Shown: in pieces, positions 1 through 11,900 of the stretch
Layout: each line of letters opens with the position of its first letter
How positions within the stretch are numbered: the first letter of the stretch is position 1
From: Camelus ferus
Lineage: Eukaryota
Assembly: GCF_009834535.1 (NCBI RefSeq)
Contig: NC_045696.1
Span: 50,966,001 to 51,030,000, forward strand
Direction: 5' to 3'
DNA length: 64,000 bases
Notes under the pieces: generated by a model
Database searches by the model: none
What the model saw: the letters and a program-made list of their open reading frames with translations, nothing else
What the model was told of the DNA's origin: nothing
Translations under genes and position numbers: made by a program

Positions 1-1299
1 AACTTCAAGAGCAAAGAATCCCCCCACCCACCAGAAGAAAAAGACAGAAAAAGATCAATTAAATCGAAGTCTCTAGGAGGGAGGTTTGAGCATTATAGAA
101 TATATATTTTTTAAGTTCCCAGGTGATTTTAATCTGCAGCCAGAGTTAAGAACAAGTACATTTGAACAGTTTCTACATATGGTGCTTATGTTTGTTTTAA
201 TAGTAAATTTGTTTATGATATTAAATAATGTGGGAATTTGTGCTTGTAACTTGAAGGAGGTAGCAGCACATTACTGCTCTGAAGTGCAGACTGAACTTCA
301 GAGAAGCCTTAGCTTTACTAATTGGTCTCTGTATCTGACCTGTCACTGTCACCTGGGAGCAGTGTACTTGAATTCTAGGGCTGGTATCTGTGAGGCTAAT
401 TAGACCCTTTGGAGAACTGAATTCTGTGACACTGAAGTCATAAGGTCACAACTCTGTGCGAGTGTTAGTGAATGAGATGCGTGTGGTGAAACTGCAAATC
501 TATTCCCTCATGTTGTCTTCTGTTTCCATCTCTCACAATGTGACTTGACCTCAGCAACCAGACATTTAGAGAATTTCAAAATGCACAGTTACCAGGGCTT
601 TTATGAGACTAAGATAAGCCTGAGAAGAGATGGTAACTGAGATCTTTGTGTCTCTTCCTCCCTGGCTCTGGATTGTCCTATACAAGCCTTGCTGGAAACC
701 CAGAAATCCAGAGGATGATGGTAAACAGACCAGAACTGAGGGCTGTGGTGAGATCTGGCCTCACGTTGCAGTCCTTGCTGTATGTTTTTCAGCAGCAGAG
801 TAGAAGGTATATGAAACACATTCTGGGATTTTTTTTCTCTAGAATCATAAATCTTAAGAACAGAAGGATCTTTGGAAATCAAATCCACTCATTTCATTTT
901 TACACGTGAGCAAACTCATGCCCTGAGAGGTTAAATGATTTGTCCAAACACACAACTATGAAACGGCAAAATTAAGACTAGATTTGCCTTCTGACTTCCA
1001 GTTCTGTGCTCTTCCCACTGTAACATGCTATTTCTATTTTCTGTTGAAAATTGTCCTCCTAATTTTTGTTGCCCTAAATATGTTTCTCAATTCCATGAAG
1101 TATTTATTTAAATCCTGCTTAAAAAATAAAACTCTGCCTTAAAGCATTACTCCTTGCCATCTTAACTCTCCCCTACCTGCCTCCACATACACATACACCA
1201 GCTCTGCCACCGCTCCTTTTCCCAGACCCCACTGCCCTGGTGTTCAGTGCTGCAGAGTGTGACGTTGCAGACAGGGAAGGGCAGGAGGCTGTAGGGACT

Positions 1300-3100
1300 G
1301 GCAGGCACCTGATCCTGGGGTGAGAGGAGCTTGGAAGGGCTGTTAAGAAATGCAGATAGTTGTCTAAATTGTGACAATTGTGTGGAGGATGGATTCGAAG
1401 GGGACAAGACCAGACGCAGAGAAATTAGAAGGTGATGCAGTGGTCAAGATAAATAATGAGATGAGTCGAAGAATTTGGAGGTGAAATTGACAAAACTTGA
1501 TTGGATACGAGGAGCAAGAGAAACGGGAGAGTCAAAGATGACCTTCTAATTTGTCGATGGCGGTGCCACTAAAAGATGAGAATTTTGAGGAGGGGAGGAA
1601 GAGATCAGTTCACTTTGGGACATGTTGAACTTGTGCAGATGCCCAGCAGAGTATTGAACATATACCAGCATGACGATCAGGAGAGAGAGCTGAGTTACAG
1701 AGAGCCGGCTGAGTAGAAATGCTTTAAGAAGGCTGGGCCACGCGATGCCTGAGGCGGAGTTACCCGAGATAAGGGGAGAGACAGGCAGTACTCAGCCCTT
1801 GATCTCTGAGATCTTGTATGCTGCACCAGGGAGTTTAGACTTCACCTTTTAGATCATGGGAGCCACTAAAGGATTTTAAGCAACAGAATATCATGAACAG
1901 ATTTGATTTTTAGAGATGACTTTAGTGACCATGTGGAAGATGAACTGGAGAGAGAAGAGGCAAATACACACATGGGGATAATTTAGTAATTCAAAAAATA
2001 TATGCAGCAGAATCAAAAATACAGTCCCACAAGAGTACTTGCAGCCTTCAACCCTCCTCTAGCCTACTAAGTGAAGATCTTGACACTTTGTTTTGAGAGA
2101 GTTTTGAGTGCGATAGCTCAGCTACTATGCTGTGAAAAGTAGAGATTTTTTAGAAAATGGATGAGTGAAAAGGCTTTTATAACATTTTGCTATGTGTCAT
2201 ATTATGTAATCACTCTTTAGTATTTGGGGGGTAGACTACAGTAATGATTTACATTACTTTTCAATTTTTTTTTCTTATTGGATGCTCTATTGAGCAAAGA
2301 GGTGCTTCAGGTGGAAGCACGTGTATCCAGGTTACTATTATACTAATAGAATCTTTAAGACTTGGTAAGCAATCAAATGTGGAAGTTGATTAAAAAAACA
2401 GGGAGTCCAAGATGACTCTAACAATGATGTCATTAGTCATCTAATGACTTACTAAGAGACGTAGCAGGTCAGGGTTAGGGAGAAGATAATACATTCCACT
2501 TTGATCATATGGAGTTTGAGGTTCTTGAGGGACAGTCAAGTGCAGAAGCCCAGCAGATAATCACTCTTCTGTGACTGGAGCTCAGGAGACAGCCCTGGGC
2601 TGAACATGGAGGCTTGAGGTTCACTGGAATTGGTGTGGTTTTCTTGACAACTGAAGTGTGTGTGTGTGTGTGTATGTGTGTGTGTATGACTTTAATGGCA
2701 ACTTAATATATATAACTATACATATAGGAATGAAAATGTATGTGGTGATGGAAAATGAGATCAAGAATATCACTGCAGGTCACATTCTCAGTTAAGGGAT
2801 GGTCTGAGAAGCAGGAATTCTTGGAAGAAATTGAGTCAGCATAGCCAGATGTGTAGGAGAAACCCAGGAAATCAGGTGTCTCAGAGCCCACGGGAAGAAA
2901 GAGTTCCAAGACGAGGGAGTGGTTGTCAGTGTCAAATGTCACTGTCACAGAGAGGTAAAGAGAGATAAGGATTAAGTCACTGGATTTAGCCATTAGAAGG
3001 TGACTGGCAGCCTCAGGAGGATGGCAGGGAAAGAATGAATGAGAGATGAGAGCAGAGTACTCTTTTACCAGGCTGGTCTGTGAAGGAGAGGGAGGCTATA
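1300..3100 (-). mobile_element. Cluster of L2 fragments (discontinuous)
   Basis: gagtcaaagatgac, gttcactttgggacatgttga, ggagctcaggagac, gagagataaggattaag motifs typical of L2. Confidence 0.55.
2656..2686. repeat. (TG)n microsatellite, interrupted
   Basis: Directly visible. Confidence 0.9.
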
Positions 3101-5877
3101 GAACATCAAAGGAGGGAAATTAGGGAAAAGAGGGGAATTTTTGTTGGGCTATTTTTGTTGGTTATTTACTTTGAAAATGGTTGAGACTAGAGTATATTTC
3201 TAAACCAAGGGGTAGAAAGGCAGATAAAATTTATAGGAGAGTTGGGTTTTTGTAGAATCAAAGTCCCAGAGAAGGGAAGAAAGGTCAGTATTTAGCACAT
3301 GCAGAGTTCATACTTGGACCAGAGCAATGAGGTGGAGGGGTACAGGTGATGGAGGGTTGGTGGAAGATTTGGGATAAGCAAAGGCAGTTCATGACAGATG
3401 GCAGGCAGTAAGGAGATAACAGGAAATGATACCCTGAAGTCCACAGTCCAAGTGCACAATCTGGTGTAATTTCCCTCAACAAACAAAGGGTTTTGAACGG
3501 CCACTGTGCTCAGTGGGGGGGGGGGCTTTGCTATTGTAAGATGAATACGATGCTCTGAATCTCACAGTCCTCTCTGGTCCTCACCTCAAAAATGACTTAG
3601 CTTTGGTCTCTGCCTGTGTTTCCACTTACTACTGCTTCCCATCCCCCTTTCCTTTTTCTTGGGCTTTATTACCCGCCTGTATATATTTCTGCGCTGCCTC
3701 CCTATGGGCCCCTCTCCTTCTTCTCCTCCTGCATCCCTTACTTGCACACCCATCTCTCTTGCCCTCTGTTCCTTTCCTCTTTCCCTCTCCCTCCAGCTAG
3801 CCAGCAGGAGGACACAAAGTCAGCTTTTAGGCTTTCTTATTTATTAAATAAACATTTGTTTCCTGTGCTTAATTTTTTTTAAACAAGTTGAATTTTTTTC
3901 TACTTCTTTCTCTAAAACTAAAGGTATACATGTGTCTCAGTTAGATTTGCTCTGTTGGCTAATGACCCCTGATAAAATAAACCTCCCCCACCTCTGTCAA
4001 GGCCCAGAGGGAAGGAAGCAGAGCCTTTCATCTGCAACAGACACTGTGTTGATTTTACACACTGTTGACTCCATGAGAAAGAGAAGACTTCAGTGTGATA
4101 GTCTTAAAAGAATGTGTTTTCAAAGTCTGCATGTGTTGTACTAGTGAATAAAACATAAAGAATAAGGGGAAAAAAAACAGAAAATTCATATTGATGTCCA
4201 TACATTCAATGTTACAACAGGAATTCAAATGACAGGGGAGAATTTAAAAACAAATGTTTGGCCAAAGAAAACTCTTTGCTTCTGGAAATCTCATGCTGTC
4301 TGTTGCTAGCCAAGAAAATCAGCATCCCCTTCTTTCCCCTGACCTGGCAACGAACAGAATTGAGGGCCCCGTGTCGCCCTGGTAACAGGAGATGACACTC
4401 CCCACACTGCTGAGAGCCACACACAGCACCTCAGGGCCTGACTTTGGCTGCGGAATCTCGGGAGCACACACACAACTGGATTGGACGTCGACTTTGGCTT
4501 CTTTAGGTGACTTTAGGCCAAGTGTTAATAACCGTGCTTCAGCAGAACCAATCCTTGACTCTGATGATGATTTCTGCTGAGAGTGGATATATAAACATTG
4601 CACCCATTGCTAAATTCTAAGCCTAGTCTGCTGACAGCCTAAATTGTCATTACCTTTAGAAATAGTGCTCAAATTTTATGACTTCTAAACAGCACCTCCA
4701 ATTACAAACTTCCTACTTAAATATCTTGGCACGCCATTTCTAAAGGAATCTTTAATAAAAATTTGTTAAACTGTTTAATTTCTATAAAAGGAAAATTAGG
4801 AATGGAAAGAAAGACTCTTTAGAGTGAATCAAGGGGTGAAGCTGCGGAGGGGGCCCAGGAGAAGTTCAAGTTCAGGTTCCCAGAAATGCAGGCCACCCTG
4901 GAGGGCTGGGGTCATGCCATTCCCCAGATGCAGGCATTGAGAGGGCAGTGGGCATGTAAGAGTGATCTTCGTAACTAAAGGTGAGGCAAGAACCAGAGAG
5001 AACAAAAGCCTAAAAGCAGCCCTCATGTGACTATAGAGGAGACCAAATCTGTCACTGTGTTTTCCGGCCTCTTGAACTGCTTCACATACGTTCCTTCCAA
5101 CCGCACCCTAGGCTACAGATGTCTGCGTCCCACACGCTCCTCACACTCTCCTTTTCCCAGTGCTGGCTCACTGCTGTCTTTCCCAGAAGAATGGAAATAT
5201 CTAATAAAATAATTCACAGCAAATTAATAATTGGAGAGAAAGTAACTTCATTATATTCTTTTGGTGGCATGTGCATTTTAAGAAGGGTCTTAGAAGGTAA
5301 TGCCTAGCCCCAAGAGACACAATCTTGGATGGAAATGGAGACAATTTGGGGGTGACCAGGGGCAGGAAGAGCTTGCTCCTATTCCTAGGGACCCTTCCGT
5401 GGTGATTATCTAGACACCACATTTTTTTAAAAAACGATCTTTTGCCATGAAGGCATCAGAATTATTTTGAAGTGCTATCTGAATTATGTAAAAGGACCTC
5501 AAGCCCTCTTTTCCTCTCTCATTCAACCCACTTCTGACACCTAAACTCTGTGCTTGATTGTAAAATCTTAAGAGAATCCAAAGACAAAAGTGTCTACAAA
5601 AGCAAACAAGTACTTACTTGTATAGGTATAACTTCATGGGTATATAAAGACATAAAATTGATCCCTTCCCCAGTTTGATCATTCTTGAGAATTGAAACCA
5701 CCAAGTTCCAATGCAGTGTACTTGTCACTTTTATGGACCCAGAATTCCCTTCACAAATGGTAGGGCTGTACTTGCATCTAGTTTAAGATAGCATCCTTTT
5801 AAATAAATAATTTTTGCTCGCTAACTTCTGCTTTTCTCTCACTTTCCCTCTTTCCCTCTCCCCCTTGCACTTCTCAG

Positions 5878-5923
5878 GACAAATGTTGCCTTTCACTTCA
5901 CTGCCAGCCCCTCTCAACCTCAG
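5878..5923 (+). CDS. SIDT1: SIDT1 exon 4 (46 nt): (R)[15 protein letters not shown]
   Basis: Pyrimidine tract, ttctcag|G ACA AAT...CCT CAG|gtaagt. Confidence 0.95.
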
Positions 5924-8900
5924 GTAAGTGAAGGGTTTCAAAGTTATCATAATTCCACCTGTTGGTGTTACCCAAAGAAACCATGGTAACAGAATCAGCA
6001 TGTGGTGTTGCCCTTAATCTTTCACAACTTGAGCTATATTTGTAATTTTGGAATGTTGTTCATGTAACTGGGATGTTAGACACAGTATTTAACCTTATCA
6101 CCTGAATTGGTGTGAAATAGGAGGCATGACATTTGTCTGCAGATGTTCCTGGGCTCAACCTTCATTCATCAAATTGTGAGCCTACTATGTACCAAGCACT
6201 AGGTGCCAGGGATGGAAGGTGAAGAAGAGAGAGATGCAACTGCTGCCTTCACGGACCTTATAATCTGGATGGGGGTAGGGGACAGGGAGTGGAAGGTCAC
6301 CACTAAACAGATACACAAATAGTCAGTTGATCTGGAAATACAATAAAAGTAAGACAGATTTTCATTTCTACAGTGTTATGGGTAAAATAAATTAGTTTTT
6401 TATGTAATAAAGAAAGAATAGGAATGTCTAATAATAAAAATTATTAGAAGAATTGATATTTGTGTTGTGTTCTCCATTAGACTATAATCATAAATAGAAT
6501 AAATAGATGAAAATTTTGATTGATTCAGGCTGCTTTTCTAATGACACTTCTAGTTACCTTCCTTTTTCCTTTCATAGCTTCTGAAAGAGTAAAGTCTATG
6601 CAAAAGCAAGCTTAAAACACATTTATTTAATGTCTTGATATTTATTGTAAATTCTGTAGGCTGCAGCTTTGGCTACTTATTTTTTGCTTTGGATATGCTA
6701 AAACTGGGATTAACATATTATATGGACACTGTTATAAATCTATTACAACCACTTGTGAGCTGGTAAATATTTAACAACGGGTTCTCAGAGAGAAAGCCCT
6801 GATTTGTAGCGTTTGCCCATTTCTGCAGTGTAAATACCTCCACCATGGCCGATATCAGGCTGCCAGCGCCAAGTCACTGAACACTGAGTTGGGGACTGAT
6901 GTGCACGATCAGCTCCCCAAACCTGCATGAGCCGACTCCCACACACCCTTTCAGAGTTAAATTTCCCACCAGCGAAAGCCTCCACAGTGCATAAATACTG
7001 CCACCCAGTGACAGAAGAGGACTCCAGGTCCACAGTCCGTTGCCTTCAAAGTTACTGGCCACTTAAAATATGAAATATTTGAAAGCACTCATTGCTAAGT
7101 GCAATGGGAGATATCTAGAAGCCGGGCGGGAGCGACCTGCACCCCAACTGCAGAAACAGTACAGTATAATAGTCCTGCACAGACCTATAGACAATATGAT
7201 GTACTGAATGTTGTAACGTACTTTCAGTTTGTAGACTGAAAATCAGTGATGACTATGTATCATAGCTTCTTTGTATTAAAAAAGTATTAAATATTAAAGC
7301 CTAAATAACTTATATATAAACCCCAAACTGGAGTAAAATATACTTAGAACAAATTAATGAAACAAAATAGAAGTTCTTTGACATCTATGAAGGTCTTACT
7401 TTACTTGTAACTGTTCCCATTTTGGCCTATATTTTTATACCCTCTTCAATTGTAGGAAAAATTTTCTGTTCCTATAAACTCACCCAAACTCTTGCACATA
7501 CTCAGACAATCTGCATCACCACTGTCTGCCTCTATTCCCTGTAGAGAGAAGCAGGTCACAGAAACTGGGTAGGTAATCAGGGTTTAAGATGGTGATTTTC
7601 AGCCTAAATTCCAGACATTGCTTTGCATCTTTGTCATTTGCTTCTTTCTGGTAATTATCAAGGCAAGGGGTTTATTTGGTGGGGAGGGTTATGGTAATTT
7701 AGAGATAAAGAAGATTGATAATACTTTGGCATATAGATAAAGTTTCAGTAGATGTCTACTCTTTGCACAAAACCATATCTGAATATATATGATGTTCATT
7801 ATTGCTAATAGTAACCATAATAATGCTTTTGAGTCACAAAGTATGGCTTCCCTAAGAACCAAGAATACCTGTGGGGAATTACAGAGTATTCACCTTCAGA
7901 AGAGCCCTGTATTATATGTATTTGAATCAAGCTCCAAACTGAAAGCACAAAATGCAGCGGGTTCTTGCGAGTGTCGCTGCCATCTGCTACGAGGCATGAA
8001 CAGACTTCCAGACAGCAGCGTTGATGACACTCTTTAATCTTGAGATTATTTTTTCCCTATCAGAAGGCTTTGGGTTATTGAAAAAGTTCTATTTTTATTG
8101 CTCTGGTTCTCAGAATAAGATTAATAAAGAGGATGTTGGAAAGCAAAATTAAGTTTACCATGTTTTGCCTCTCCTTTAATGTGGTAAATTTATTAAAGTC
8201 CTAGGATAGGGGCTTGTTTCATCTGGTTTCCTCAAAATCTTCATCACGTATTTCATGTCGAGCTTGTCAGCCTGTTACCATATTTGTAATTATTGGGCAG
8301 AAGTCCCCTTCCTTCATTGTTAGTAACATCTTTAAAACTCAGAGTTAATAAATTTTTTCAGTGGATTTATAATATAAGTATATAATTAGTATAATCCCTA
8401 TTATAAATGTTTCCTTATTCTGGTGATACATGAGAAATACTTTTCAATACTTTTCTCAGCCTGCCCAAAATTGTGAACATATTTCAGGGGCATAGATGTA
8501 AGGGCTGGTCTCTTGAGTCTAAATGTCATCTCATTATATTCCAGCCAGAAAATAGATTCTTTGGCAAAAAAAAGAAGTCTAGAGGAAGGGTAGGACCAGT
8601 GCTAATTTTTGCCTATGGGAAGGTGGTTAAGATTGTTGAAGAACAGGCTTATCTGCTTTTCAAGGTGGAGCTTCATATTTCAAACTGACCACACAGAGGC
8701 AAACCTTGTCTCCTGTTACATTTCACATATCTCTAATTCAAAAGGTTGCCCAGAGGGAGGGGGAAATCTTCTTAAATCTAAATTGGAATGAAATGTAGCA
8801 AAGTTCAGTTGAGAAAAAAAGACCATAAAAATGGTAAGGCAAGACTGTATGAACTGGCTACTTTGCCTTGTTCACTGCTATACTCCTAGTGTCTGAGCTC

Positions 8901-11900
8901 TGCACAGAGCTTTTTCTCAACATGCAAGAGATGAATGGCTGACAGAAACACTGGAGGCTTACTGAGATTCACAGCTGAACTTCGTGCCCAATATTACTCT
9001 TACTCGTGTGAAAACAGTTTTGAGTTCGTGATTGTAAACATTTCTTAACATTAACAAGTCTTGTCTTTCTTTTCCTCATTCTCAGTATTTTCTATACAAA
9101 TTTCCTGAAGATGTGGATTCAGTTATCATTAAAGTCATGTCTGAAGTGGCTTATCCATGTTCCGTTGTCTCAGTCCAGAATATCATGGTGAGTCTTAGTA
9201 ACTCGTCCCCCTTCCAATTTGGAGCATTATATCGTCAAGGATAAAGGATAAAGGAGAGCAAAGGGTGAGCGCCATGTCATCCTCCTAGTATGTATCTCTG
9301 ACAAAACTGCTAAGTGATAAAAACATCTTGTGCACACAAGTGGGCAGTCTATGTTTGTGGCCATTGATCTGGGGAGATAGAGAATAGCTGACGCTTCACC
9401 AAAATAGATAAAGGAAGGAAGGGAGGGAGGGAGGGAAGAAGCATCATGACGAAGAACAAGGAAGACCAAGTGGGCGGCACAAGAAAAACAGAAGCCTACT
9501 GTAGTTCTATGTTTTAAAATTTTTATTGTGTCATTAAGCCCTTTCTGCCTTGTAAGGTGTTAGTAAAAAGTGGAGAAAGTATGATATACTTTAAGACAAT
9601 CTCTTAAGTTCTCTTTGATATAAAGTGACCTTGATTTTAGAGAACATGGCATCAAGTTTTAGGAAGACTCTTTTATGACTGTTCTGGGAGAAAACTCTTG
9701 ATGGTTTCTGGCTCAGTAAGGACCCCTCCTCTGTGATCCAGATAGTATGTTTAGTATGTATAGTATGACATCAATGATGCTTTTTATGCCTTATGCACGT
9801 TACAGTGCCCGGTGTACGATCTCGACCACAATGTGGAATTTAATGGTATCTATCAGTCCATGACCAAGAAAGCTGCCATCACACTACAGGTAAGACAACA
9901 CTTCTGTGGTCATTATTGTCAATGATAATGCACATTTTATAATCAGGTTACCTACTGGACTTAGAGAAACCTAAGGGATTACCATTCACTGTGTGCCTTG
10001 AATCTCTTTCCTTTCTGATCAATTTTAAAACAAAGATTGCTACACCTGGGTGTTGGTGGACAATGCTGCTCTGCCAGGTGCCCCACCCCCCTTGGGGAAT
10101 CTTGGGAACCTATGATGCAGCAGGACATGTATATGACGGATTGCTTAGGGAGATGAGGGCAGAAGATTCCAATCTACTCAACAGGGGATGCCAATTTAGG
10201 GTAAAGTTTATCAGATCCATTTAAAGCAATTAAGCACATTCTACTGACACAATAATGTAAATCAACTATATTTCAATGAAAAAAAACACATATTCTAATA
10301 ATTTATACTACTAACAGTGACCAAAAGAGAACTTCAACTCTGGGCAGAATGGACAGGTTCAAGGAAATATGAACCACATTTATGTAGCAGTTTGCCCTTT
10401 TGGTATTATAATTAAATTATTGTTTCAATGGTAATTTTATAGCAAAAATGTACACACGCATCATGTCAGTATATTTTCAAAGAGATTCCATCCCTGCCTT
10501 TAGAATGGTACTTACTTGAAGTATCTGCAATTTGATCTGTTCTCTAGGTAAGGAGATACTGTCTATTGAATAATAAGCTATAAATGAGAAAAGATTAATT
10601 ATAATTTAGGGATCAGACCTAAAAGCTTCTATTAGTCAGGCTTTAATTTTCTTTTTTTTTTATCAATTGAAGTCTAGTTGATTTACAATGTTGTGTTAGT
10701 TTCAGGTGTACAGCAAGGTGATTCAGATATATATATGTATATATTCTTTTTCAGATTATTTTCCATTATAGGTTATTACAAGATATTGAATATAAGTCCC
10801 TGTGCTACACAGTAGGTCCTTGTTAAGCTTTAATTTTCTAATGTCTCAGATTTGATATCTCAAATATCTGCTCTTGTTTTAGTATTTATTTTTCCCTTAG
10901 CACCTTAGCATTAAGTGGTTCCAAATTAAAAAGGACAAAATAAAAAACCATAGTAGGAAACTCAGATTTTACATCATCCAGACACTAAATTAACAAAGTA
11001 CAAAGCTTTTCAGTACATTCCTACTTTGAATGTGTTTGGCAATAAATTATTCTCTTTTGAGCCCATGATTCAGTCTTGGGCCATTTTCTCAGTAGGTTAA
11101 AGATAATATAGAAATTTTGAAATAATTAAAAAGTCAGAATTGTAGAAATACACTGGACCTTAAAGATCATCTTCATTCACAGATAAGAAACTGGGACACA
11201 GAGAAGCCCATATAGAGAAAGTCAAAGCCAGGACTATGACTCAGGCCTCCTGATTGGAGCCTTTGCTTCCCTAACCTAAATTATGTATTTAACTGTTGAC
11301 TACGTGACTTCTGAGAAAGTCGTATTTCATTAGATTTTAAACCAATAGAAACTTAATAAAGTCAAGCTAAAACTGCTCTAAAAAGATAAAGTTTATTAAT
11401 TTAAAGAACTTAATATACAATTACTACATAGGTTGTGGACATATTTTTTATATGGGATCTATGATAGTTCCAAGCACACGAGTGGGTACAAGACAGATTG
11501 AAATGAGAACAGTGTATGTACCTAATTTCTTAGCTGTAACAATTGTTTTATTGTGGATAATCTGGAGCAGATCATGGGCATGTGAAAATCCTTTCTAACG
11601 AGTTAAGGAGCAGGGGTGAGCTTTACTTTTCTTCTCTTTCCTCTTTCTTTTTGCCCCCACCTGCACCATTTTGGACTTCCTCCCTTCTTCTCACTGTCTT
11701 TCTTTCTCATGCAGAAGAAGGATTTTCCAGGCGGGCAGTTCTTTGTGGTGTTTGTGATAAAGCCTGAAGATTATGCTTGTGGAGGATCTTTCTTCACCCA
11801 GGGTAAGCAATAGTGAGGAATAGTAATGCTAGTATATTATTTACATAATAAATGTTAATATATTCTCTTCTAATATGGCTACTTAGAAAAGCCGAATAGA

